A stretch of 32,000 nt of DNA from Megasphaera elsdenii DSM 20460 (GCF_003010495.1 NZ_CP027570.1:2100001-2132000), one strand, 5' to 3'; positions 17,026 through 24,743 are shown, numbered from the stretch's first letter. Numbers and translations: made by a program. The notes: generated by a model not told the origin, from the letters alone.

Positions 17026-17646
17026 ATGGATTTTACACAATTCCAATCCATGCCCCTGGACGGGCTCCTGGAAGTCACGGCTTCTAAGGAACCCGTTCCC
17101 GGTGGCGGCGGCATCGCCGCCATGACGGCGGCATCGGCAGCCGCTCTCGTAGAAATGGTCGCCAACCTGACCATCGGCAAGAAAGGTTATGACGAAATCG
17201 AGAAACTCATGGTTTCCATTCGCGACAAGGCCCATGGCCTGCGCCAGCGGTACCTCGACGGCATCGCCGAAGACGCCGCCGCTTTTGACAGCGTCATCCG
17301 CGCTGTCCGCCTGCCCAAGGACACACCGGACCGGGCGGCCACGGTCCAGCAGGCCTTCAAGGATGCGGCCATATCGCCGTTTGAATTGGGGAAGGACATC
17401 TTTGTCCTCCTCCAGCTGGCAGAACAAGTCGTCCGCTACGGCAACGCCTGGGTCATCACCGATGGCGTCATCGCCACCATGAATGCCAGGGCCGCCATGC
17501 GCTCGGCTTTCTACAGCGTCCGCATCAATTTGAAATCCATCAAAGACGAAACCTTCGTGAAGCAGATGATCAACGAAATCCGCGAAATCGAAGAAAAAGC
17601 GGCCATCGTCGAACAAAACGTAGAATACGAATACCGGAAGCGGTGA
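17026..17646 (+). CDS. fchA: Cyclodeaminase/cyclohydrolase family protein (FTCD_C domain; probable methenyl-THF cyclohydrolase)
   Basis: SKEPVPGGGGIAAMTAASAAALVEMVANLTIGKK is the signature N-terminal helix region of the family. The gene starts 1 nt after the fhs stop. Confidence 0.85.
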   Translation: MDFTQFQSMPLDGLLEVTASKEPVPGGGGIAAMTAASAAALVEMVANLTIGKKGYDEIEKLMVSIRDKAHGLRQRYLDGIAEDAAAFDSVIRAVRLPKDTPDRAATVQQAFKDAAISPFELGKDIFVLLQLAEQVVRYGNAWVITDGVIATMNARAAMRSAFYSVRINLKSIKDETFVKQMINEIREIEEKAAIVEQNVEYEYRKR

Positions 17647-17681
17647 AAAAAAGCTTGTCGCACGTGCGACAAGCTTTTTTT
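17647..17681 (+). terminator. Rho-independent terminator of fhs-fchA and target motif of the group II intron
   Basis: AAAAAA-AAGCTTGTCGC-ACGT-GCGACAAGCTT-TTTTT, a perfectly palindromic 11-bp stem. Confidence 0.9.
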
Positions 17682-17685
17682 GTAG

Positions 17686-19578
17686 GTGCGCCCGGCATGG
17701 GCGCACTCTAATGGGTGAAAGTCCCTAAGCCGCCCGGTAGCGGGAAGGCTATAGCCAGAACCAAGGGTGTCCATCGTGAGATGGAATCTGAAGGAAGGTC
17801 GAGGCAAATCTCTGGTCTGACGAACAGAAATCACATAAGGCTAGTCATGGGGATAAGGCCGCCTAACAGGTTGAAGTCCCATAGCTACACGGAACCATGA
17901 ATAGTAGATGTGGCAGACACATGGAGAGAAAGAGTGCGTTCTTACCCGGGGAGGCCTCATGGACATGATGGTGCCATATAGATTGGACATCATGGTTGAA
18001 ATAAGATTTATCATGAGGAGTCAGCCGAGGCCATAGTACCTTATGGGCTATAGACCATGAGGAAAGGGCCGAATCCTAGGAGATGTTAGTTAATGAAAGT
18101 AACCAATCATGGAATGAAAGACAGAAAACTTCATCAAGAAGGCTGTCCACAAAAAGAGGTTGCGGAACAACCGGGATATGTGGAAGCGTCTGCCCATGCG
18201 AGGATTGCTGAACACAACGACATCATTGCAAGCTTGCCAGCGGACAGTCTGTTGAAGCAGATTTTATCACGAGACAACTTAAATGGTGCCTATAAGAAGG
18301 TAAAGTCTAATCGAGGAACCGGCGGGGTCGACAGGATGAGTGTAGATGAACTTCTACCCTACCTGCGGGAACATCGCCTGGACCTCCTTCAGCAAATACG
18401 GAATGGGAAATATAAGCCCCAGCCAGTCCGTCGGGTTGAAATACCCAAAGAGGAAAAAGGGAAATTCCGGAAATTAGGAATCCCTACGGTCGTAGACCGC
18501 ATGATACAACAGGCGATTACGCAGGTTCTTGTGCCTATCTACGAGCCACAGTTTTCAGATAGCAGTTTCGGGTTCCGTCCCAAACGGGGCGCCCACGATG
18601 CGTTGAAACAATGCCAGGCCTATGCAGATGAGGGCTATGTCTACGTCGTAGACATGGACTTGGAGAAATTTTTCGACAATGTCTGCCAAAGCAAATTGAT
18701 AGAAGTTCTGTCAAGGAGCGTAAAAGACGGCCGGGTCATCTCGCTGATACACCAATATCTCCATGCTGGTGTTATCCGGCATGGGATGTTCGAACGAAGT
18801 GAACAGGGGGTTCCCCAAGGAGGGCCATTGAGTCCGCTCTTGAGTAACATCATGCTGAATGAGCTGGATAAGGAGCTGGAACGGCGCGGACATAAATTTG
18901 TCCGCTATGCAGATGACTGCATGATACTCTGCAAAAGCAGAAGAAGTGCCGAAAGGACCTTGGAAAGCATCACTCGATATATTGAGAAGAAATTATTTCT
19001 CAAGGTGAATCGAAATAAGACGCACGTAGCCCACATCCGCTATGTTAAATATCTGGGATATGGCTTCTACCAAAAGAATGGAAAATGCCGACTCCGGGTG
19101 CATCCGAAATCCATTACTAAGATGAAAGACCGTTTGCGGTTTATATTGAAACGAAGCAATGGAAAAGGAAACGAAGTGAGAGCCCTTCTATTGAAACGAT
19201 TCATAAAGGGATGGGTGAATTACTTTAAACTAGCGAATATGAAGGAACTGCTAATTCAAATTGACAGATGGATTCGACGCAAAATACGAACCATATACTG
19301 GAAACAATGGAAGAAGGTACGGACGAAACACCGGATGATAAGCCAATACGGCGCGCCCAAGTGGGTAGTGTTGGAAATGGCTAACTGCCGAAAAGGTCCG
19401 TGGCGAGCAGCGGCAATGCTGAACTCAGTTCTTACGAATAAAGAAATAGCCCGCCTTGGCTACATAACCATGACGAGCTATTACAAGCAAGTATGCGAAA
19501 ACTAGGAAACCGCCGTGTACCGAACGGTACGCACGGTGGTGTGAGAGGTCGGGATTTCTACTCAGAAATCCCTCCTAC
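17686..19578 (+). mobile_element. Bacterial class C (IIC) group II intron; ribozyme domains I-VI with an ORF in domain IV
   Basis: The 5' end GTGCGCCCGGCATGGGCGCACTCTAATGGGTGAAAGTCCC and the later ...TTCTTACCCGGGGAGG closely parallel my memory of the Oceanobacillus iheyensis IIC intron. Domain V is CCGCCGTGTACC-GAAC-GGTACGCACGGTGG at 19510-19539. A short domain VI hairpin GGGATTTCT/AGAAATCCC precedes the 3' end ...CCTAC. The 3' boundary is approximate to a few nt. The region is visibly more AT-rich than its flanks. Confidence 0.88.
18093..19505 (+). CDS. Group II intron reverse transcriptase/maturase (RT and X domains, no endonuclease domain)
   Basis: 470 aa. RT blocks include RRVEIPKEEKGKFRKLGIPTVVDRMIQQA, FGFRPKRGAHDAL, QGGPLSPLLSNIMLNELD and the catalytic YADD (RYADDCMILC). 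Maturase X motif FIKGWVNYF. The protein ends shortly after X, as in IIC introns. Confidence 0.93.
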   Translation: MKVTNHGMKDRKLHQEGCPQKEVAEQPGYVEASAHARIAEHNDIIASLPADSLLKQILSRDNLNGAYKKVKSNRGTGGVDRMSVDELLPYLREHRLDLLQQIRNGKYKPQPVRRVEIPKEEKGKFRKLGIPTVVDRMIQQAITQVLVPIYEPQFSDSSFGFRPKRGAHDALKQCQAYADEGYVYVVDMDLEKFFDNVCQSKLIEVLSRSVKDGRVISLIHQYLHAGVIRHGMFERSEQGVPQGGPLSPLLSNIMLNELDKELERRGHKFVRYADDCMILCKSRRSAERTLESITRYIEKKLFLKVNRNKTHVAHIRYVKYLGYGFYQKNGKCRLRVHPKSITKMKDRLRFILKRSNGKGNEVRALLLKRFIKGWVNYFKLANMKELLIQIDRWIRRKIRTIYWKQWKKVRTKHRMISQYGAPKWVVLEMANCRKGPWRAAAMLNSVLTNKEIARLGYITMTSYYKQVCEN

Positions 19579-19655
19579 TCGATCTAGCAGTTACAAACTC
19601 CATACTACAAACTATGAAGTAAAAGACAAGCATTCATTTCCATCGCTTGCGATAC

Positions 19656-19683
19656 CGTAGGGGACGCCCAAAGGGCGTCCCGC
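19656..19683 (+). repeat. REP-like GC-rich hairpin motif
   Basis: CGTAGGGGACGCCCAAAGGGCGTCCCGC; stem GGGACGCCC/GGGCGTCCC with loop AAA. Confidence 0.8.
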
Positions 19684-19770
19684 TGTGAATCGTGGGTATG
19701 ACCATTCTGGGATATGGGGCTTTTTTTCACGCATCACCCGTCATGCATTACGTGTGCACCATCGTTTCAG

Positions 19771-19800
19771 GCGGGCCGCCTTACCAGGTCGGCCCCTACG
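19771..19800 (-). repeat. REP-like GC-rich hairpin motif, inverted orientation
   Basis: The reverse complement reads CGTAGGGGCCGACCTGGTAAGGCGGCCCGC. Confidence 0.8.
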
Positions 19801-19861
19801 AATCCAGGGAACCCGGGTCGGATAGGAAGCCGCTTATTCCCCACAAGCCACGAGCCACATC

Positions 19862-19890
19862 TTGTTATCTTCTCCTGGATACCGTATAAT
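19862..19890 (+). promoter_or_regulatory. Sigma-70-type promoter for the S2P-family protease gene
   Basis: TTGTTA (19862-19867), 17-nt spacer, TATAAT (19885-19890), 26 nt before ATG 19917. RBS AAAGGAG follows. Confidence 0.6.
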
Positions 19891-19916
19891 AGAAATATTA
19901 ACGAAAGGAGAATTCT

Positions 19917-20543
19917 ATGTTCGATTTTAATATACTTTCTATTATCGCCGGCCTTCCGGGCCTGCTCATTGCCATGGTCGTCCATGAATACGCTCATGCC
20001 CAGGTAGCGGACTGGATGGGCGATGATACGCCGCGTATGACTGGGCGGCTGACGTTGAATCCCGTTGCCCATATCGATCCGGTCGGGTTAATTATGCTCC
20101 TCGTGGCGCAGTTCGGCTGGGCCAAGCCGGTCATGATCAATCCGGGGAACTTTCGCAACTGGCGGAAAGGGGAAATCTGTGTATCCCTGGCCGGGCCCAT
20201 GTCCAATCTCCTCATGGCCTTCCTGGCCCTGGTCGTCGAAGTCATTTTCGTCAAGGCCCATCTCTTTACGACGACAGCCCTGCCCATGGTCCTTCACCTC
20301 ATTGTCTTGTACAATGTCAACTTTGCCATTTTCAACATGATTCCCTTGCCGCCCCTCGACGGTTCGCGGGTCCTCATGTGCTTTTTGCCGACGTCGTGGA
20401 ATTATAAGCTGGCCAGCCTGGAACGCTACAGCTTCCTCATCCTCATCGCCTTGATGATGACGCCGTTCTTCACGTATATCCTCATTCCCTTGCAGCGCCT
20501 GGTCTTCGCGCTGTTCAGCTTGATCCTGGCACCGTTTTTATAA
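19917..20543 (+). CDS. Site-2 protease (peptidase M50) family membrane metalloprotease, short form without a PDZ domain
   Basis: HEYAHA (HExxH) lies in the first TM region and NMIPLPPLDGSRV (the LDG motif) lies downstream. The protein is polytopic and hydrophobic. Confidence 0.85.
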   Translation: MFDFNILSIIAGLPGLLIAMVVHEYAHAQVADWMGDDTPRMTGRLTLNPVAHIDPVGLIMLLVAQFGWAKPVMINPGNFRNWRKGEICVSLAGPMSNLLMAFLALVVEVIFVKAHLFTTTALPMVLHLIVLYNVNFAIFNMIPLPPLDGSRVLMCFLPTSWNYKLASLERYSFLILIALMMTPFFTYILIPLQRLVFALFSLILAPFL

Positions 20544-20558
20544 AGGAGGCGCGTTTCT

Positions 20559-21104
20559 ATGATGTACAAAAAAGTAATGGCTTCGGCCTTGTTGTGGGCA
20601 GCCTTAACGGCTTCGGCCGGTGCTTTTGATTATAATCAGTCTGTCGATGAAATCGCGGAAAGCCCGCTTACGGCCTATCAGACAGTCTATCTCGGCATGC
20701 CCCGGGCCGATTTCGATGCCAATTTCTCCATCCTGCCGGACTGGACGTTTTACGGCAGCTCCGTGTCCTTTACGGAACGGGCCGAACGGACGTCGGTCGT
20801 CAAGAACGTATCGGTCACGGAAGGCATTGAAATCTTTTCGGCCGACACGTCGGCCAAGGGCAAGGTCCTGGCTTTCGACAATTACTTCAAGACGACCGAC
20901 AAGGCGACGGCCAAGAGTATTTATTCCCGCCTGGTCGCCACGATTTATTCCAATATGGAAAATTTCCCGGTCAAACAGACCAGCAAAGAAGTGGAATGGA
21001 CCCAGGATGACGTATCGATTACCGTCGCTTTTGACGGCCAAAAGGACAGCGACGGGAACTATATCGTCTATATCCGGCGCTACAACAACAAGATATTGAA
21101 GTAA
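20559..21104 (+). CDS. Hypothetical secreted protein
   Basis: RBS AAGGAGG 9 nt upstream. Signal-peptide-like MMYKKVMASALLWAALTASAGA followed by a soluble mixed-charge domain. I recognise no family. Confidence 0.6.
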   Translation: MMYKKVMASALLWAALTASAGAFDYNQSVDEIAESPLTAYQTVYLGMPRADFDANFSILPDWTFYGSSVSFTERAERTSVVKNVSVTEGIEIFSADTSAKGKVLAFDNYFKTTDKATAKSIYSRLVATIYSNMENFPVKQTSKEVEWTQDDVSITVAFDGQKDSDGNYIVYIRRYNNKILK

Positions 21105-21112
21105 CCTCTTTA

Positions 21113-21153
21113 TTGACAACCATATTGACAACGAACATAAGACCGTATATAAT
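21113..21153 (+). promoter_or_regulatory. Consensus sigma-70 promoter of htpX, preceded by a tandem TATTGACAAC repeat
   Basis: TTGACA (21125-21130), 17-nt spacer, TATAAT (21148-21153). A second copy of ATTGACAAC lies 12 nt upstream (21112-21120). Confidence 0.7.
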
Positions 21154-21210
21154 GAGAATGTAAACAATTTTACCTTTTGACTTTTAGCTTCTTGATAAGG
21201 AGTTGATTTT

Positions 21211-22065
21211 ATGAATCGCGTAAAAACGGTATTCCTCATGACGGCCCTGGCCGGTATCCTCATGGCCATCGGCGGCCTTATCGGCGGACGCAGCGGCGTC
21301 ATGGTCATGTTCCTCATCGCTACGGGCATGAACTTCATTTCCTACTGGTTCAGTGATTCCATGGTCCTTAAAGCCTATCGGGCGCAGGAAGTTGGGGAAG
21401 ACCATTACCTGTACCGTATCGTTGCCGACCTGGCTCAGCGGGCGGAACTGCCCATGCCGAAAGTTTACATCATCCCGACGGAGGTACCCAATGCCTTTGC
21501 TACGGGCCGAAGCCCCTCCCATGCCGCCGTTGCGGCAACTGCCGGAATTTTGGATCTTCTCGACGAAGATGAAATCCGCGGCGTCCTGGCCCATGAAATG
21601 AGCCATATCCTGCATCGGGATATCCTCATCAGTACCATCGTCGCCACGTTTGCCAGTGCCATCGGCATGATCGCCAACATTGCCCAGTGGGCCGCCATCT
21701 TCGGCGGCGGCCGCGATGATGATGGCGACGGCAATCCCATCGCCCTCTTGGTGACGGCTATCGTCGCGCCCCTGGCCGCTTCTATCATCCAGCTCGGCAT
21801 CTCCCGGACAAGGGAATACATGGCCGATGAAGAAGGGGGACGCATGATCGATGACCCCATCGCCCTGGCCCGGGCCTTAGCGAAAATCGACAACTACGCC
21901 CATCATTACGCCCTGCCCGGCGCGACCAAGGCGACGGCCCACATGTGCATCATCAATCCCTTCGCCGGTGCCGGCAGTGCCATTGCCAACCTGTTCAGCA
22001 CCCATCCGCCGACAGAACAGCGCATCGAACGCTTGGAAGAACTGGACAAAGAATTACATGATTAA
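21211..22065 (+). CDS. htpX: Zinc metalloprotease HtpX (peptidase M48)
   Basis: RBS AAGGAG. N-terminal TM pair, PNAFATG, HEMSHI (HExxH), later EYMADEEG, and a C-terminal [13 protein letters not shown] typical of HtpX. Confidence 0.93.
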   Translation: MNRVKTVFLMTALAGILMAIGGLIGGRSGVMVMFLIATGMNFISYWFSDSMVLKAYRAQEVGEDHYLYRIVADLAQRAELPMPKVYIIPTEVPNAFATGRSPSHAAVAATAGILDLLDEDEIRGVLAHEMSHILHRDILISTIVATFASAIGMIANIAQWAAIFGGGRDDDGDGNPIALLVTAIVAPLAASIIQLGISRTREYMADEEGGRMIDDPIALARALAKIDNYAHHYALPGATKATAHMCIINPFAGAGSAIANLFSTHPPTEQRIERLEELDKELHD

Positions 22066-22073
22066 TGTTTTAC

Positions 22074-22102
22074 CGTAGGGGCCGTCCTAAAAGGCGGCCC
22101 GC
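22074..22102 (+). repeat. REP-like GC-rich hairpin motif
   Basis: CGTAGGGGCCGTCCTAAAAGGCGGCCCGC. Confidence 0.8.
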
Positions 22103-22118
22103 CTGCTTCCTTTATCAT

Positions 22119-22146
22119 GGCGAGTCGCCCTTGGGGCGCCCCCTAC
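22119..22146 (-). repeat. REP-like GC-rich hairpin motif, inverted orientation, forming a BIME-like pair with 22074-22102
   Basis: The reverse complement reads GTAGGGGGCGCCCCAAGGGCGACTCGCC. Confidence 0.7.
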
Positions 22147-22148
22147 AG

Positions 22149-22183
22149 AAAAAAGGCTTGTCGCACATGCGACAAGCCTTTTT
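22149..22183 (+). terminator. Rho-independent terminator after htpX, a near-twin of the fchA terminator
   Basis: AAAAAA-GGCTTGTCGC-ACAT-GCGACAAGCC-TTTTT. The core GCTTGTCGCAC[G/A]TGCGACAAGC matches 17653-17674 with 1 mismatch. Confidence 0.88.
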
Positions 22184-22186
22184 CTA

Positions 22187-22214
22187 TTGCATTTTCCGTC
22201 AGACAAGATATAAT
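22187..22214 (+). promoter_or_regulatory. Candidate sigma-70 promoter of the cobQ operon
   Basis: TTGCAT (22187-22192), 16-nt spacer, TATAAT (22209-22214), about 44 nt before the TTG start. Confidence 0.55.
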
Positions 22215-22257
22215 AAAACCATTGCAATAGAAATGAAACAGGTGAGGGGGAAGCTGG

Positions 22258-23787
22258 TTGGCACAGTACATCATGCTGCAAGGGACGAGTTCTCATGTCG
22301 GCAAGAGCATCATTACGACGGCGTTGTGCCGTATTTTCTTACAAGACGGGAAGAAAGTCGTGCCTTTCAAGGCTCAGAATATGGCCCTAAATTCGTATGT
22401 CACTGCCGATGGCCGGGAAATGGGCCGGGCCCAGGTCGCCCAGGCGGAGGCTGCGGGATTGCTGCCCATGGTGGCCATGAATCCCGTTCTCTTGAAGCCC
22501 ACAGGAAATGCCTGCTCGCAGGTCATCATCGACGGCCGCTCCGTCGGCAATATGTCGGCCCGGGACTACCACAAAGGCTATTCGCTCAAGGCCTTCGATG
22601 CCGTCAAGCGCGCTCTGGCTGAACTGGATAAGGCTTACGATACTTTGGTCATCGAAGGCGCCGGCAGTCCGGCAGAAATCAATTTGAAAGATCACGATAT
22701 CGTCAATATGCGCGTCGCCAAATACCTAGGCGCACCGGTGCTCTTAGTGGCCGATATCGACCGCGGCGGTTCGCTGGCCGCCCTGGTCGGCACGCTGGAG
22801 CTGCTCGACCCGGACGAACGGGACCTGGTCAAAGGCCTGGTCATCAATAAATTCCGCGGCGACGTATCGCTATTTACGCCGGCCATTGACTTTTTAGAGA
22901 AAAAGACAGGCAAGCCCGTCTTGGGCGTAGTCCCTTATGTCGACGACCTGGGCATCGACGAAGAAGATTCCGTGTCCCTCGACGATCAGGAACAGCGGCC
23001 GGCAGCCGATAAGGTATCCATCGCCGTCGTCCAGGTCCCGAAGATTTCCAATTTCACCGATTTTGACAGCCTGGCCCGGGAAGACGACGTCGCCTTGTAC
23101 TACGCCCGCCATCCCAGCGACCTGGCCGGTGCCGATGCGGTCATCCTGCCGGGCAGCAAGAACACGACGGAAGATTTGCTCTTCCTCCGCGAAAACGGCT
23201 GGCCCCAGGCCCTGTACGATTTCATGGCGCAGAAAAAGCCGGTCATCGGCATCTGCGGCGGCTACCAGATGATGGGAGAAGCCGTCTGTGACCCGGAACG
23301 GACTGAATCCGATATAGGCCGCGTCGAAGGCCTGCATCTCCTGGGCGTGACGACGACCTTTGTATCCCGGAAATTGACGTCCCAAGTGACAGCCGACTGC
23401 CGGGAACTGCCCTTTTTAGGAGAAACGCTGTCGATTCCCGACTTATCCGGCTACGAAATCCACATGGGCCGGACAGAAAGCGGCGGGGACGACGTCTATC
23501 CCTTTATCGTCACCGGCCGCGCTGGCCAGCCCTGCCAAAGCCCGGCCGGCGCAGCCCGGAAAGACGGCCTGGCCTGGGGCACGTACATCCACGGCCTCTT
23601 TGACAACGACGAGTTCCGCCGTCAGTTCCTCAATGGCCTGCGGAAGCAGAAGGGCTGGGATGCCCTGCCGGTGACACGGCATTACCGGCAGGAAAAAGAA
23701 GCGAAATACGACCGCCTGGCCCGGATTGTCCGCCAGTCCCTGGATATGAAGCGCCTGCGGCAGATTATGGAAGAAGGAATACAATGA
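22258..23787 (+). CDS. cobQ: Cobyric acid synthase
   Basis: IMLQGTSSHVGKSIITTALCR (P-loop-like CobQ N-terminus) and a C-terminal glutamine amidotransferase domain (ICGGYQMMG...GYEIHMG). The TTG start at 22258 follows RBS GAGGGGGA. ATG 22273 is an alternative. Confidence 0.92.
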   Translation: MAQYIMLQGTSSHVGKSIITTALCRIFLQDGKKVVPFKAQNMALNSYVTADGREMGRAQVAQAEAAGLLPMVAMNPVLLKPTGNACSQVIIDGRSVGNMSARDYHKGYSLKAFDAVKRALAELDKAYDTLVIEGAGSPAEINLKDHDIVNMRVAKYLGAPVLLVADIDRGGSLAALVGTLELLDPDERDLVKGLVINKFRGDVSLFTPAIDFLEKKTGKPVLGVVPYVDDLGIDEEDSVSLDDQEQRPAADKVSIAVVQVPKISNFTDFDSLAREDDVALYYARHPSDLAGADAVILPGSKNTTEDLLFLRENGWPQALYDFMAQKKPVIGICGGYQMMGEAVCDPERTESDIGRVEGLHLLGVTTTFVSRKLTSQVTADCRELPFLGETLSIPDLSGYEIHMGRTESGGDDVYPFIVTGRAGQPCQSPAGAARKDGLAWGTYIHGLFDNDEFRRQFLNGLRKQKGWDALPVTRHYRQEKEAKYDRLARIVRQSLDMKRLRQIMEEGIQ

Positions 23788-24743
23788 TTACTGTACTGAC
23801 CGCTTTTATCGTAGATTTCATCATCGGCGACCCCCATACGAAACTTCATCCCGTCGCCCTCATCGGCCGCTGGATCAGCTTGCTCGAACGCTTGTTTTAT
23901 AATGAAAAATCGACGAAGTGGGAACATTTCATCTTAGGCGGTTTGACCGTCGTCATTACCCTGCTGTTTGTCTATAATATCACGCTGGTCCTGGTCCTGG
24001 CCCTGGAATTTTTGCCGAATGAACACTGGAGTTATATCATCCAGGGCGTCCTCCTGTCCTTCATGATCTGCCCGCGCAGCCTGGCTAAGGCCGGCCGCGA
24101 AGTCTACCGGTATCTCGTCCGCCATCATCTGCGCATTGCCCAGCTCAAAGTCGGCAAGATCGTCGGCCGCGATACGGATCATCTGGACAGTCCGGAAGTG
24201 ACGCGGGCGACGGTGGAAACGATTGCTGAAAATACCGTCGACGGCATCGTGTCGCCGCTGTTCTTCTTCGCCATCGGCGGCCTGCCCCTGGCCGTCGTCT
24301 ATCGTGCGGCGAATACCCTCGATTCCATGATCGGCTATAAGAATGATAAATACATTTATTTCGGCCGCGTCGCAGCCCGCGTCGACGACGTCCTCAACTA
24401 CATCCCGGCCCGCCTTACGGGACTGCTGTTCATCGCCGTCGCCGCCTGCCTGGGTTATGACGCCAAAGGAGCCTGGCGCATCATGCGCCGCGATGCTTCC
24501 AAGCATCCCAGTCCCAATGGCGGCTATGCCGAAGCGACCGTGGCCGGTGCCTTGGGCATCCGTTTGGGCGGGCATAACCGCTATTTTGGCAAGGATACGT
24601 TCCGTGAATATATGGGTGATGCCGACCATGAACTGGAGCCGCAGTACATCCGCAAGACGATATATCTCATGTACGGCGTATCCCTGACTGTCGGTGTCCT
24701 GACAGCCCTTCTTTCCTTGGGGCTCTACGGCTTATGGAGCTGA
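23784..24743 (+). CDS. cbiB: Adenosylcobinamide-phosphate synthase
   Basis: ATGA overlap with the cobQ stop. DFIIGDPHTKLHPVALIGRWIS, ENTVDGIVSPLFF, MIGYKN and PSPNGGYAEA are CbiB/CobD-family signatures in a membrane protein. Confidence 0.92.
   Translation: MITVLTAFIVDFIIGDPHTKLHPVALIGRWISLLERLFYNEKSTKWEHFILGGLTVVITLLFVYNITLVLVLALEFLPNEHWSYIIQGVLLSFMICPRSLAKAGREVYRYLVRHHLRIAQLKVGKIVGRDTDHLDSPEVTRATVETIAENTVDGIVSPLFFFAIGGLPLAVVYRAANTLDSMIGYKNDKYIYFGRVAARVDDVLNYIPARLTGLLFIAVAACLGYDAKGAWRIMRRDASKHPSPNGGYAEATVAGALGIRLGGHNRYFGKDTFREYMGDADHELEPQYIRKTIYLMYGVSLTVGVLTALLSLGLYGLWS

Larger units (their letters stand above)
19579..19861 (+). repeat. Intergenic repeat module with weaker heptad-phased arms and an inverted pair of REP-like hairpins
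   Basis: Heptads TACAAAC/TCCATAC/TACAAAC at 19592-19612. REP-like copies at 19656 (+) and 19771 (-). CAC at 19842/19849/19856 keeps a 7-nt phase (CACAAGC CACGAGC CACATCT). Confidence 0.55.

Noticed and set aside
17715-17900. 61-aa ORF at the start of the intron
   Set aside because: It lies within ribozyme domain I, where sequence is constrained by RNA structure. It has no RBS.
18093-19505. Reverse transcriptase considered as a retron, DRT, Abi or CRISPR-associated defence RT
   Set aside because: It is flanked by canonical group II ribozyme sequence (5' GTGCG..., domains V and VI) and carries the maturase X domain. No msr/msd-like repeats, effector gene or cas genes are adjacent.
19700-19727. 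T7 run (GGGGCTTTTTTT) as a possible extra terminator downstream of the intron
   Set aside because: I could not find a convincing GC-rich stem immediately upstream, only 4-bp pairings.
22066-22257. Possible cobalamin riboswitch upstream of cobQ
   Set aside because: I see no B12-box-like element. The space is filled by the REP pair, the terminator and the promoter, and the transcribed leader is far too short.
22065-22622. 185-aa ORF on the + strand beginning at the htpX stop
   Set aside because: It reads through the two REP hairpins, the terminator and the promoter, then continues out of frame into cobQ. There is no RBS. Its peptide KKGLSHMRQAFF is a terminator translation, and the same kind of string appears in ORF 17511-17834.
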